Positions 25,825 through 39,279 of a stretch of DNA of 64,000 bases are shown one piece after another (within the stretch, counting starts at the first letter, position 1; the number at the start of each line of letters is the position of its first letter). Under the pieces are notes generated by a model. That model saw nothing but the letters and a program-made list of their open reading frames with translations, searched no databases and had not been told where the DNA came from. The translations under genes were made by a program, and so were the position numbers. The stretch comes from Octopus vulgaris (Eukaryota): NCBI GenBank assembly GCA_951406725.2, contig OX597815.1, positions 88,412,001 to 88,476,000 of the forward strand, written 5' to 3'.

Positions 25825-28800
25825 CGCACTTGGTATGGAAATTTAAGAATCTGTTTTAAAGTTTAAAAATATAGAAAAATAACGCTATCCTTGTTTTATT
25901 GACCTTGCTTGTATATAACAGTCTTATGATTAACGTTTTTCATGACGTTCAAGCATACTCGTCATATGGATTTTATAAAGTCTTAAAATATTTTAAAAAT
26001 CCCACTACGCATTTAGATACCTCTTGTAGCAAATTGTTTAGGAATCACTGCGTTAGACTTTTCTTTAAAGCAAACCAATATAGTTCACTTAAACTTCAAA
26101 ATATCCATTCTTTTGATTTCTGTTATTTACTCATATTTCTAGTATAATTTTAAACAAATTAGAAAATAATCAGACTGTGATGGTCGATTAAATCATTTTG
26201 TTTTTGAGAAGCAACACTTTTAGAATATCACAAGCTGTCGTAAAAGAAGGGCGGATATGTACAGTAATCTGTTTTAAGCAGCAGCTTTACTCCAAATTTC
26301 AGTATTTTTATTGGCTTATAGTACCGTGTTCAAATCTACCCGTGGAAAAGTGACTGTGATAGGACGTACTTCATAAGATTTGTTTCTAGCTCCCTATCCC
26401 TTGAATTCCCCAGGTCAGTGAAAGGATTAATACATGTTCCTTGAGAAACGCATGGCTATCATAACATCAATTTACTTTACTATATAGAAATACAATCTTA
26501 ACCAGACTAATTATCTTTTATGGATATTCTTATAACTGAGAAGTCGTGCAGTCCTGAAATTAATGCTTTATTATTCTCAGATAATTAAATTACATATTCA
26601 TTCCATGAGTTAACACAAAGTCTCTTCATTGAAAATGCCAGTCATATTAGTGAAAGATGTTAATGTAATACATCATGGAAGTCTATGATGTAAAGCTACA
26701 TCACTCCCCACCTGCATACATTCAAACAGAACGTCATGAAACAGTGCAAATACATCCAATATTGATGATCAAGAGAGATTTATTATCAAGACAGCTTAAT
26801 CAAGGTTATATACTTGCTTCCCTGCATCAGTTTCCTTCTAAGGATTGATAAATAGAAGACTGGCAAGAAGGATGGATGAAGTGATGGTGAAAGAGATAGA
26901 TAGATGGTTGAGACAGCTGGTGGAAATCTATAGAAAGATATAGCTTGGTAAGTATAAATATAGACAGGTTGGTGGATAGAAGGATGGATGGATAGATAAA
27001 GATACAAAGATGGTAAAATTGATAAATGGATAAACAGCTATATCGATAGATAGATAAGATATAAAGATGCTACCAATCACTTTCAGTCACTACTCTATGT
27101 TCAAGCGTATTAAGATTATTTGTGAATATTGGAGCAGTAAACATGATTAACGCTGCCTAAATTGTTGTATACAATCAAACTCCTAATCCTAACTACATGC
27201 ACTACTTTTCACATACTTAAATCTAAGTTGAGAGATCGTTATATAATTACTGGATTGACTAAAAGCGCCCTGTATGAGATCTGGCGCCATAGCATTTCAT
27301 ATTGATTGTGATAAAGGGTTAATGACATTTCCGCCATGATTTATTGAGGTGTTGAATAATTCATCTACAGTTCGATTCGATTTAGAATATCTTCACCACG
27401 GAAAGAACGTGAAAGAGAGTGAAGAGATGCTAGAGACACGCAAAAGATAAGAGATACACAAAAATAGGAAGAAACGAATTTAATATACGCTAACCAACAC
27501 TGTTTATACACGAGTTCACATGAGTATATATGTATGAGTGTGTGTGTGTGTGTGTGTGTGTGTATGCATATAAAAATATATAAAAGTCAGTGATGCATAT
27601 GCACATTGACCAAAAGAAATCGGATAAATATGCTCATTGATGACGAGGTTTGTCCCTTTAAAAGTAGCGAGGGTGAGAAAGAAAGAAGTCAGTTGTGATC
27701 TTTAAATACACGAAAGAAAAAGAAGGGTTTTGCAGAAAATTGGTCGTACGCACATTCATGCATAATTTGGTAGGAACTTTGCACGTAACTTCTGCTGCAG
27801 GACATTCTCTTCATCGATTGGGAACAGGACATGGTAAGAATGTCTGCAATTTTTGACAATATTGTTCTTTCTAGGGATACAATCTTTTATACTGTCAATG
27901 TCCTGAATCTACGGCCACAACAAAACGGGTAACATTCTGGGGCTTCTTCCAGTCTCCGCCTCCCTGTCTACGATGAAAATACATTGTCAAGCTATGTGAA
28001 TATCCATCTTGACTACGCCCTGCAGATATATTATTTTTACAAGCTAAGGACAATTTTTTCCACCTTTTCTTACGTGTCTTTATATTCAGAGAACGGAATC
28101 TAAACTTCTTCCTACGATTCAATGACGTCCGAATACAACCTAACATTCGAATCCTTGAGTTCGGAAGTACCTTTAAGTAGAACACTTAAAGGGTATTTGT
28201 AGCCTTCCTCGTGAAAAATCATACTGCTTATATTATTGTCAATTTCTACGGAACGAAGCCGTTAAATCTTCATTGAATGCACTAGCATTATAGCTATAAC
28301 CTTGTTGTCACGGCAGGTACATTTTCAAGAGAAGATTTAAAAGCAACCATTACGCTAACAAAATAGAATGCATTTTATAATAATTTAACTTTCTATAAAT
28401 TAATCTGTTGCAGTTACTTGTTTTCTGAAGTCCTTTTGTCATTTGCCCGTTTCCAGTGAGACAAGCAAAATTTTGTCACTTGTATGTCTATGATACATTG
28501 TTGGCTAAATGCTCCTGCTAAGTCATTGGAAACATGATTGTTGTGCAAAAGAAAACACCGAGGACTCAATGACACTCGCTTGCTGCGTCTATGGCAGGTG
28601 TCATGATGTTCAAGCCATATTGCTGACGTTTGGCGGAGGAAAAGAATGTATCATATACTGACCTCAAAAGTAAACGAACCTGGTTAGTTGTAGCTTTCTA
28701 AAAATGGTTAACTGTAACTTTCACCATTTAGCATACTTCCACACAGTTCATTCATAGCGATTTTATAAATTCAATAGCTTTTTGTTGCTAGACTAGAAAT

Positions 28801-29639
28801 ATCGAAATTCTTCAGTCACGAGATCACGCCTACCTTTATTAGTCTGGCTGGATATCCACTAATTCCATAATCAATCTAAAACGTTGCTTTTGTGTTTTAT
28901 ACAGAACTGAAATATACTGGAACACATTTCACACACATACGCATAAATCTCACTCATACATGCACGCACATTATAATCTGTAAGTCGTAAGAATTTGATG
29001 CTAAAGAAATTGAGAGTGGAACAAAGCATTTCACTGGAATAGAGTTAAAAGTAAAGAAACAAAATCACGACCATAAACATGTGTGCGATCACTCTTGTAC
29101 AGGTTTCAGTTTCCTAGAATTAGTCATAGAGGTGTATCACCATTAAAAATATGATGCGAGTATAATACACACACACACACACACACACAGATACGTGTGT
29201 ATGAGAGAGAAAGAATGTGTGTGCGTGTATGTGTGTAATACAAACACAATTTTACGCTCATTACTGTATCTATACTTGATTCGTGTGTGTGTAGCCGATA
29301 TCGATTTTTTCGCGAATTTTTGTCAAACGGATAAAATTGTTAGAACTTTGACAGTGTGTGTGTGTATGTGTGCGTGTGCATGTGTGCGTGTGTGTGTGTG
29401 CGCATTTAAGTATAATCGATGTTGCTTGAGCAGAATCATTAAAAATTTTATAAACAGTTTATATCGCATGATATGTTCTGCAAATATTTGAAAGACTTTT
29501 GTTAAACTTTGTTCACTAACACCACTAATGCTCCTGAGATAAACATGGACATCACTTTATCTCATACAATTCTATGAATTTGTCGTTGTATGATAGATTT
29601 AGAAATATTTTTCTCTTTATTATTTTCTGGGAAGTGGTG

Positions 29640-29790
29640 AAGGCGGTGATTAACTGAATATGTAAAGCGCCGGATAAAATGCCTTGCGGTATTTAGTTTC
29701 ATCCTTTATCTTCTGAGTTCAAATTCCGTCGAGACCTACTTTGCTCTTAAATCCTTTCAGAGCCGATGAAGTAGTACCAGTCAAATATTA
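29640..29790 (+). mobile_element. Decayed tRNA-derived SINE (family also at ~30480-30570, ~46595-46800, ~61410-61560)
   Basis: Shared core GAGTTCAAATTCCG..ACTTTGC..ATCCTTTC..GATGAA..GTACCAGTCAA, present in both orientations. Confidence 0.55.
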
Positions 29791-31384
29791 ATGTTAATTG
29801 AATTCAATTTAGCCTAATCTGTTTTTTTTTTTGCTTTTGGTCTTATAAAAATACAAACTTCTGATTGTATGAGTACCGTAGGACAAGAGGTTGGTAAGTT
29901 TCCAATGAACTGAGTTCGTGATTCAACTTCGAAACCGAGATAAGAGATTGTTCTTAGGGCTTAGTCAAAAAAGAAAGAAAGAACCATAGCTTTTTACAGA
30001 GCTTCAAGGACTAGGGTGGGGAGAGAAAACTGAGTAAGGAACTCCGATTTACGAGTTGCTGCTTTTTACAGCATTAAGAAATTAAGCTGTCTTCAAACGG
30101 GAGGCCAAGTACAAGCGCTTACAACAGAACGAACTTTGCTAAACACACCCAGAGTCCAAGTATTCCTGTTGGATTAAGTCTATAACCCAAGAACAGTCTA
30201 TCTGGTAGGTTTCTGAGGTTTCACTTATTCGGATCGAGCCAAAGCTGTAGAAGACCCCTGCACCGTAGGATCGAACCTAGGTCCTAGGAAATTTTTTTAT
30301 AAAGTCAACCATTGAGCCATAAAAAGAAATAAAAACGAAAACTAGCGACTACAAAATAGTGAAAAAAAAAAAAAAGAATAAAGAGAATAAAGCAGATATG
30401 CAAATTTCATTTACAACAATGTTTCTTAAATTGAAACAAAGCCACACTTTTGATTTAAGAAATGAGTATAAAATAATCGATTTTATTGATTTTAGCACAT
30501 GCCTGGTACTCAGTTTATCGATTCCGCAGAGACGGAATGTCAAAGTCAACTCTGGTGGGATTTGAACAAGTTCAATGATAAGATTCAAATGTAATTTTCT
30601 CATGGTGAATTATTGTAATCTTCGAAAATGTCAAATAATACAGTGAAAGCTTTTGGGAATATACAGTAGTAAGATTCTGCAGAATTATTGGCACACTGCC
30701 TATATTGTGGACTATATTTGCTGCAAGGCAAATACTAAAGTTTTGACATTCGACTTTCTGTAATTTCTTCAGTTGTTTCCGGATTTTATAAAGATTTTCA
30801 TAGTTGAGCATGAAATTTGCATTTTTGGCAACATTAGGCATTATTAATTTTACATACATACATATAATTGGGTAGGAATTAAATATTATATGCATTTTCA
30901 AGAGAAGACGTCTAACATGAAATCAATATCACACACACATCCTGAACGCGCATGTATATTTGTATTTATAAAGCTTTTGAAAATGTTCCAAGCAATTTCG
31001 ATTTAGTGCTATTACAATTCTGAAAAAATACAGCAGATTCTTCGAAATAAAGTAATTTTCTTCCGTATTAAAAGTCAGCACTTATTTGTTATATTAAGAA
31101 TTTTTTGTGTGAATTAAAAGGAATATAATTATTCCACTGTGGTCTCGCTATAAATTTTGACGCCAATATAAAACCATAAAAAAAAAAAACGTATTCGCTA
31201 AATATCATTCAACAATTAAGAGCTGTAAGATAATCACATAAAATATATAGTTTATGATAAATCGATTTTATAATGATCGTAAATCGCCAAATGTTAGAAG
31301 ATTTGAACCGAGTTTTCGATTATTAAGGAATAAAACACACACGCACAGAAACTAATATATTTATATATATATATGCACACACAC

Positions 31385-31437
<53 letters not shown>

Positions 31438-33169
31438 ATGTTTTCTTTAATTATGCGTACTCATAAACAATAAAACACATAGCATACTTTCATATAATAA
31501 ACACACTCACACATTCTTAGTACAGAAGGGTTTCTATGACAATTTAATCATGCGAAACACTATGCGAAAAAATCGTTGATATAGTGAAGGGCGTCGTATA
31601 ATGATCTTGGGTCACAGCTTGAAGCTAAGTGCTGAATATTAAATGAGAAATATAAAATGGTAACGCACAAATAAACTAGACTTAATCAGTTTTAACAGTG
31701 TTCTTGGAATTTCCCCACTGAAATAACATTGTCTTAGCGTCTTTTTTATAAAGCAAAATGAATCGATAGAGGAAGAGAAAACCGAAAAAGAAATACAAGA
31801 AACAAAACTCAAAAGTAAAGATTTTCTATTGAAGGAAACAAAACAAATTCCAGCTTATTAAAATGTATTGAATTTGATTGAGTCAGTAGAACAATATATC
31901 GGTTAAAGGCTACTACATTGACCTTAATTTTATCGTTCAAACTGCATCGTGATTGTGGTAGTCGTACAGCAACAAAGCTGTAAATCCAAACTAGTTTCAC
32001 TATAATTTCGATAGTCTTTCATGTCTAGATCAAGGGTTCTTAAACAGACCACTATGTTACCATGGAATAGACATGAAGAGATTTGAAGAATTTGTGCCAG
32101 AATACACGAAGATAACTTGAAACATATATGCATCCTAAGATTTATGAAATAAAGACGTAATTCCATTCGTCTTCATATTCACTGATGACGAAGTAGACGT
32201 GTTTTATTAGTCTCTTCCGGGAGTGAAAATGTTTTAGAAATTCTTAGCAAAAGTACTCACATGTATTACAGCGGTTGACAAAAGGATAGGATGAGGGCCG
32301 AAGTCGAAATAGTAAGTGATACACCAATCCAAAAACTTGTTCCTCACATCATGATGATATCCCCACACATCATGCCAAAGATTACATCTTTGCAGATGAT
32401 ATATTTGGAGAGATGTGTGGTGGGATCATCATGGATATACAAGACCTTATGTCATCGCAAAACAAAAAAATCATATCAGATCTATGTTCTATAGAGGGTA
32501 CTGGAAAGAAGACCTTAAGACTTAGGATCTAATGTAGATGACTCAGCTGTTATATATGTTGCAGACACAATTCGTTAGCAAACCATGAGACCCAAAAGCC
32601 GTTTCTTCCAACCAGTACCAGATAAGTCAAGGAGAGCCATCCACAACAGTAACTACAACCGTTAGCAGCTAAGGAACACCAGGAAGTATCCCTTGATACC
32701 AGTATCATAGCATTCATTTGCGAAAAAGGAGACCAAGGGATTAATAGTTCCTAAAACAAACACAAAAAATGACCCAACGAAAATAAAAAGTAATTGAAAA
32801 TGTATTGAGGAATTCACCTCCAGCAAAGAAAAAGGCTTTCTCCGCTAAAGAAACCATATTTCACGAAGGAGAACCAATGTCCTGTTACGAGGAACCAGCT
32901 TCTGACGTGAACGAAATGAAATTCGTAGCAATTCCTAATAGTGGCAAAATTCTCAAATACTTATGCAACATACGCAAGGAATATCCGAACGAAGCACAGA
33001 TAGGGAAAGAAATGGGATTACATTTTATACAGCATAAAAAGGACAAAATAATTTTTCTTATTTCCGATAAACGTTATATTTCAACGATCCAAAAGATCCA
33101 ATTTAACACAACCTCCCCAGAGAAGAATTTCGAACCTCCAGCCCTGAACAATACACAAGGGTAGCACGG

Positions 33170-33623
33170 TGGATGTGTTATCAGGACAGTGGAGAGCCCC
33201 GATAAATACTACAGGTCTCTCTTGGACAAACTGCGAGAAGCTTTGAAACAGAAATGCCGTGGACAATGCACCAGCACACACAACACATGGAACTTTATGG
33301 AAAATACGCGACTTTGGCTTCATATTGGTAGACCACCCACCCTACTCTCCTGACTTGGACACCTCTGACTATAACCTCTTTCCACAACTGAAGAAACATC
33401 TCAAGGGAACGAAATTTCACTCCGATTCGGAAGTGATTACTTCTACAGAGGTCTGTCTGGAGGCCGAATCTTCCAAGATCTTTTTACAGGGCTTAGAAAA
33501 ACTAAAGGATAGCTGCAATGAGTGCGTGAATCTGAGAGGAGAATATGTTGAATAAAAATCACAATTAACTGATCCTCCTGTATTTTCTTTTACCCAAAGT
33601 CAGGAACTTTCAGCACCTCCTTA
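33170..33623 (+). mobile_element. mariner (DD34D) transposase 3' fragment with right TIR
   Basis: YYRSLLDKLREAL, DNAPAHT, HPPYSPDLDTSDYNLFPQLKKHLKG, ECVNLRGEYVE*; the same 3' end recurs at 62335-62470. Confidence 0.9.
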
Positions 33624-34129
33624 TGTAGACTGGATCATTTGAATGTGAAATACCTTAAATCACAGACAGTAATGATGACAAGCTGCCAATCACTGGTTAT
33701 TCAGCAATTTGTACAGCTAAAACGTGTCCGGAATTGCCGCTGCACTTGCCAAAAGAATTTAAATAATAGCTATTTACTAAAATTGTTTTATTTCTTTGAT
33801 TGCATAATTATCTCCAGTTAGCGTTTTAATGGTTCCTCATAACATATATTGTTTTTTGTATTGATAACATTTTTGTAATTTATCTCTTAAACAGATCTAG
33901 TTTTCTATGCTTAATAGTGTAAACTTTAGCACATCTACTCAGTACTACTATTACTTTGAATATGTTTTAGTATTATGACTAACTTTATCATCAAACTTTA
34001 GTCTTCAAGCAATTGCCTTTTCATAAAATATTATATTCCCTACACTGCATTCAATGCCACACTTAGAAATATCTAATACAAACACACGCGCCCACTCACA
34101 AGCACACAGACACACACACTGAAAAAAAT

Positions 34130-34161
<32 letters not shown>

Positions 34162-34339
34162 CACACACATACATGTGTATATTTAAAGAGAAAAACCACT
34201 AGGTGATCAGCCGTATGCTAGAAGTAGATCACCTACGATCAAACTACAAAGAAAAGAATGTTCTCTAGAGGAAAATTCAGCGGACACCAGAACCATATGC
34301 GGGCAAGAGAGATGAAAATTATATAAAAACCAGAATTAC

Positions 34340-34415
34340 TCACAGACCGGCGGTTTCGTCTATAAAAAAATCAATAACTTATATAATCCAATTGTCCATA
34401 GACTCGTCAGTGTGA
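34340..34415 (-). ncRNA. Type I hammerhead ribozyme, copy 1 (complete core)
   Basis: Minus strand reads UCACA-CUGACGA-GUCUAU[34-nt loop]AUAGAC-GAA-ACC(GCC)GGU-C/UGUGA. All catalytic core residues, stems I, II and III and a GUC cleavage triplet are present; predicted cut between 34345 and 34344. Confidence 0.85.
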
Positions 34416-34887
34416 TCGTTCCACAGGTAATGTGATTTGTAAAACTAACCACCAGTTTTCCGTATAAAAACAGACACGTGTTTAGTTTCACCGATTACAT
34501 TGGGGGTAATTTCAAATGTCTTAGTTCTGGCGCGCTAAAATCCCGGAAGCAAAGTCTGCAGAAAATATTTTACTACAGTTAATGCTGCCTATTAGAGAAC
34601 ATATTTATTTTAACATTTAAATAATGAGGGAGATAAATTTAATATTAATTTAATTAATATCAATTTAAAACCAGTAGCCTAGCATACAAAAATCTGAAAA
34701 ATCAGAGAAAATTTTTTATACATGTGTATATTTAAAGGGCAAAACAACTAGGTGGTCAGCCGTATGCTAGAAATAGATCACCTACGATCAAACTACAAAG
34801 ATAAGAATGTTCTCTAGAGGAAAATTCAGCGGACACCAGAACTATATGCGGGCAAGACATGAAAATTATATAAAGAAACAGAATTAC

Positions 34888-34963
34888 TCACAGACCGGCG
34901 GTTTCGTCTATTAATAAATGAATCACTTATATAATCCAATTGTCCGTAGACTCGTCAGTCTGA
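34888..34963 (-). ncRNA. Type I hammerhead ribozyme, copy 2
   Basis: Same core CUGACGA-GUCUA..UAGAC-GAAACCGCCGGUC. One stem I mismatch (UCAGA/UGUGA); other differences from copy 1 lie mainly in loop II. Confidence 0.8.
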
Positions 34964-35137
34964 TCGTTCCACAGGTAATGTAATTTGTAAAACTAACCAC
35001 CAGTTTTCCGTATATGTTCTCTAATAGGCAGCATTAACTGCAGAAAATTATTTACTGCAGACTTTGCTTCCGGAATTTTAGCGCGCCAGAACTAAGACAT
35101 TTGAAATTAATCCCAATGTAATCGGTGAAACTAAACA

Positions 35138-35777
35138 GAGTCGGGGAAGTATTTAAGGCATAATGTCTGGTACCAACCGTGAAAAATTGGGCCGGTTCAA
35201 TCATGCTGTGGGCCTGCGTGTCTGCCACAGGACCCAGAGAAACATTTTTATATCGGGTAAGGATGAATTCAGCTACCTATGTTTCTATGTTATCGGATGT
35301 TTTAGAACCATCAATTGCTAAATTGCATCCAGGAGTGTCGGAAAACAGTGTCATCTTTCAACAGGACAACCGCTCCATCTCATACAACAATGAATACTCG
35401 TCAATAGTTTGAGACATAAATTATTGTTCCCATGGACGGGCCAGCTCAATGTCCCGATCTAAATCTGATCGAGCACCTATGGGGAACTCTTGAAGCTATC
35501 AGGAACACAACAATTAAAAATAAAGAGCAATTGTACCGTACCAACAGTTGAGAGAAGAATGGAATAAAATTGCGCCTAGCACTTGCAAGAAAATAGTTAA
35601 TTCAATGCCTAACCGTATAAAAGCGGTAATTGATGCTAAAGGAGGGTCAACCAGATATTAAAACTAATGTATATTGTGAAATATACCACAATCTACCATG
35701 TGTACGAGTTTCATTAACATTGAGATAGCAGAACCCAAAAACATTGGAGAAGCCTAATACTTTTGGTCAAGGCTGTA
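35138..35777 (+). mobile_element. Tc1 (DD34E) transposase 3' fragment with right TIR
   Basis: PTVKNWAGSIMLWAC, MNSATYVSML, IFQQDN, PAQCPDLNLIEHLWG, SMPNRIKAVIDAKGGSTRY*; ends CCTAATACTTTTGGTCAAGGCTG-TA. The 5' side abuts the hammerhead element. Confidence 0.9.
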
Positions 35778-37517
35778 TATATATTATCTCGGCGGTAATG
35801 ATTTTCAGCTAACATTTTAATGCTCCTTACAATAAGTATCTTGACTATAATTATACAATACATAGCGACTTCAATTTATAGTTTCCGAACAACCATGTAT
35901 GCAAAATTTGCTCAAAAGGGAACGTTCCTTATGTTTTTATCGAAGCTGTGATACTCTTATGTTGGTGTCTTAGCACAAAGACAATATATCTTTTAGAAAA
36001 GAAAGAATGAATATTGCGATATTTATGCATTTCCCAAATGGACCAGCTATATATGTGGAGAGAACTTGGGCCACCCCAAAATAGCTGCGATCACGTATTA
36101 ATCTACGACCTTAACTCCATATATTGTTTAAATATTCAGCAGTATTCTTTTATCGCTGTTGTATAGACTGAATGAACACAGAGACGGTGAGGGGCATATA
36201 AAGATTATGATGAGATTCTGATGAGATTCTGGCAAGATCAGTTAGAAAATTTTATTCGATCGTCAAGTTGTATTTACCTTTATTTGTGTGCTGCGATTTT
36301 TGAGTGAAGTTAGTGAGCAGGAGAGCGAGCTTCTGACTATGCAAGACTTGCAATTGGCACATTACACGATGACGTCATAGGTCAAGGTAAGACGGCCCAT
36401 TAGAAGTTATAGGACATTTCCAATTCATTTAATGTTTGATTTATTTAAACTGACTCCAGTTACATTCTCTTACACTTAAGGAAAATAAATCGATAAATTT
36501 GACTTACTACAAACAATGCTTAAAAACATTGGCATGATTGATGCGTGGCCGCCATTATTTAAAAAAAAAGTGAAAGTCATCGATCATATCAGATAAGTAA
36601 AATACGAAAACAAATGCAATGTGACTAATTACGTAAAATTGAATTTTCGTTTCTTTTAGTTTGTTGATTTCAAATCTTTTAGAATAACAGTTATTCTGTT
36701 TATAGCAAACATAAGATAATTGATGAAAGAATAGCGTGTAAAACACACGATTCAACACCATGATGAACTCACGTACACATCACTCATCTATCAAAATAAT
36801 TCTTATAAATATGGTTAAAAGAATACTTATTGTTTACGTCACGAGTTTTCGAATCATCCGATAATAAATTGCCAGCACGGAATTCTCCTTAAGAAAACCG
36901 AAAAGTTCAGAAAAGTAATTATTTTGAAGTTATTCGTTTAGAAATAAATTTAGAAAAGAGATATTTTGAAAATAAGACGTTATGTCTGATGCAGCAGTAT
37001 TATTAAAAACACGTAGGAAAGATTTTTTTCGAATACTTAGTTGAAAGGGAAGGAAAATCCTTGCTAAATACAGCCAAACCTCGGTTACTGAACTCCAATA
37101 ACTTGAATTAAATTAATAAAAGCACTTGCCATAACGTTAAATTAAGATATATGCTTCCGCTCTCTCTCTCATATGTAAGTAGAGATTATTTGCCAATATA
37201 ATATGGCAGTCCCGTTTGGGATGAATGCTACTGTTGTTTAGCCCCAGGAAACATCGTCTCTAGCTGGCTATAAGACACAAAATCTGTGTCTTTATATTTT
37301 CGAACAGGTGGAGTTTAGCATCCACACCCCAGAACAAAGCAATATCTGTGGATCGCGGTTTCAAGGTTATTTCTCTTCCTCGGCACAGAATAATCACTCG
37401 GCTGAAGGTGGCGTTGCTAAAATCTCCGTTCGAAAATATATAGTTTTCAAAGTGACACACAATCACTAGAAACATTATTATTTCTAAATCTCTCAACAAG
37501 AGACATATATATTAGAT

Positions 37518-38106
37518 ATCACTTATTAGGGTTATCTATACAGATATTCTATAAAAATTATAACAGCACTGATTTTTGTTACAATGTTTCGTATCCGAGA
37601 CATCAGATGTAAACAGGCAATGGGACCGAAGATTTAAAAAATGGGTAATGAGCGTATATGCCATATTTCATGAGTTTTTGCTCTTTCATCGGCGCCCATC
37701 TAACCCCTTAATAATCCTCGAACACATTGCTTAAATAGCCACTAAATTAAGCGGTGTAATGTAATTTGATATACTAATTTTACATGTTAAACACATTCCT
37801 GGAAGTCGCTACGTAAATATGACTTGTAGGGACGCGGTATTTCGTTATGCAATATGTAAAATTGGTGTACCCAGTAACGTTACACCGCTGTATTTCGTGG
37901 CTATTTAAGCAATGTGTTCGTAGAAGATTAAGGAGTTAGATGGATGCCGACGAAGGAGCAAAAACACCTGAAAGATGACATGTATCCTCATCTTTAATCT
38001 CATTGTTTGTTTACATCTGACATCTCGGATACGAAACGTCATAACAAAAATCGGTGGAGGTTATAATTTCTACAGAATATCTGTAGAGATAACCCTTACA
38101 AGTGAT
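37518..38106. mobile_element. Fold-back MITE with ~270-bp imperfect inverted arms
   Basis: ATCACTTATTAGGGTTATCT..GTTTCGTATCCGAGA..CGAACACATTGCTTAAATAGCCAC is mirrored by GTGGCTATTTAAGCAATGTGTTCG..TCTCGGATACGAAAC..AGATAACCCTTACAAGTGAT. Confidence 0.85.
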
Positions 38107-38339
38107 GTAAATCGCACTACTAACAATGTAAAACACGGTATCAATCTATAAAAGCGTTTAGTATACTTCATAATATATTATGTTTGCATACTGCGTTCCT
38201 ACAAGTCATTAATTATATATATATATATATATGCACAAGCACACTCAAAACTCTAGAGAAGTTTCTCTGAGACAAAATATGACATCCACGTTTATATATA
38301 CATCTCCTAATATAATGAGCGTAGTGCTTTTATATATTC

Positions 38340-38379
<40 letters not shown>

Positions 38380-38499
38380 CCAAAATCACGCAAGAGGGAA
38401 TGGGAGAAGGAGTAGTATAAGTGAAGAGAGAGGAGAGAACATAGTAATTCAGTGAAGGAGAAGTAGTGAGAATAGCCATGAAGTGAGAAAAATAATAGC

Positions 38500-38546
<47 letters not shown>

Positions 38547-39279
38547 GTGGCAAAGAGAGCGTCGTGTATCTTATCTTCTACTATAATAATACTCTTGTAA
38601 ATTTCTCCGTCTCAACATATGAATGAGAAGGGAAGGGATGATGGGAAACTTGGTAGTGAGATGATGGAAGTTCTACGGTTAAAAAAAAATAGCGTTTCAA
38701 CTCTGCGTGAGTATATGTGTATGAAGTAAAAGGGAGTCGTGTGTATGTATGCGCGCAATGAAAGTGAGATGGGGAACATTCAACGCTGAAAAGAAAAAAA
38801 AACAAACAAACAGCGTTTCAACTCTGAGTATATGTGTGTGCGTATACAAGGGAAGTATGTGAATATATGTATCTGTGATTATTATGTACCTTATTTTGTG
38901 CCTTCTTTATATTTAAAATACGACAATTAACCGTCATTATAAATGTTATACATATCGTTCTTTTAGTCTAGTGCGGTTTTCAACGTGTATATCAATTTGA
39001 TTCTAGTCTGGCTATCTTTCGAACAAATCAGTAAATATTTTGTTTGCAAATTTGTTTCGGAACAAATATTTTTCGACTTAGCTTAGAACACCCGCGCGTG
39101 TTCAACAATGAGAAGACCAAGTTATGTTGAAACACTGTGTATAACGATCCACCACCAACACTCTGAGCAAGCCGTTTTTGACACACAGGTCTCTTAGAGA
39201 AGTTTCTCAGATAAAATATTACAGCTAGTGTCGTATAACATTTGCTTGTGTTTGCATTATAAATATTACTTCATTATTA

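Larger units (their letters stand above)
34169..35137 (-). mobile_element. Non-coding tandem element (549-bp unit + partial second unit + inverted segment) carrying hammerhead ribozymes; PLE pLTR/retrozyme-like
   Basis: Unit 1 is 34169-34717; unit 2 (34718-35014) is near-identical to its start; 35012-35137 is the reverse complement of 34479-34604. One hammerhead per unit. Confidence 0.85.

Noticed and set aside
27801-27833. DILFIDWE resemblance to a TMEM67/meckelin motif
   Set aside because: Only 8 residues match and there are no other supporting exons.
37580-37615. Hammerhead-like CTGATGT..GAAAC on the minus strand
   Set aside because: The core lacks the required A of CUGANGA, there is no stem II, and it is part of a MITE arm.
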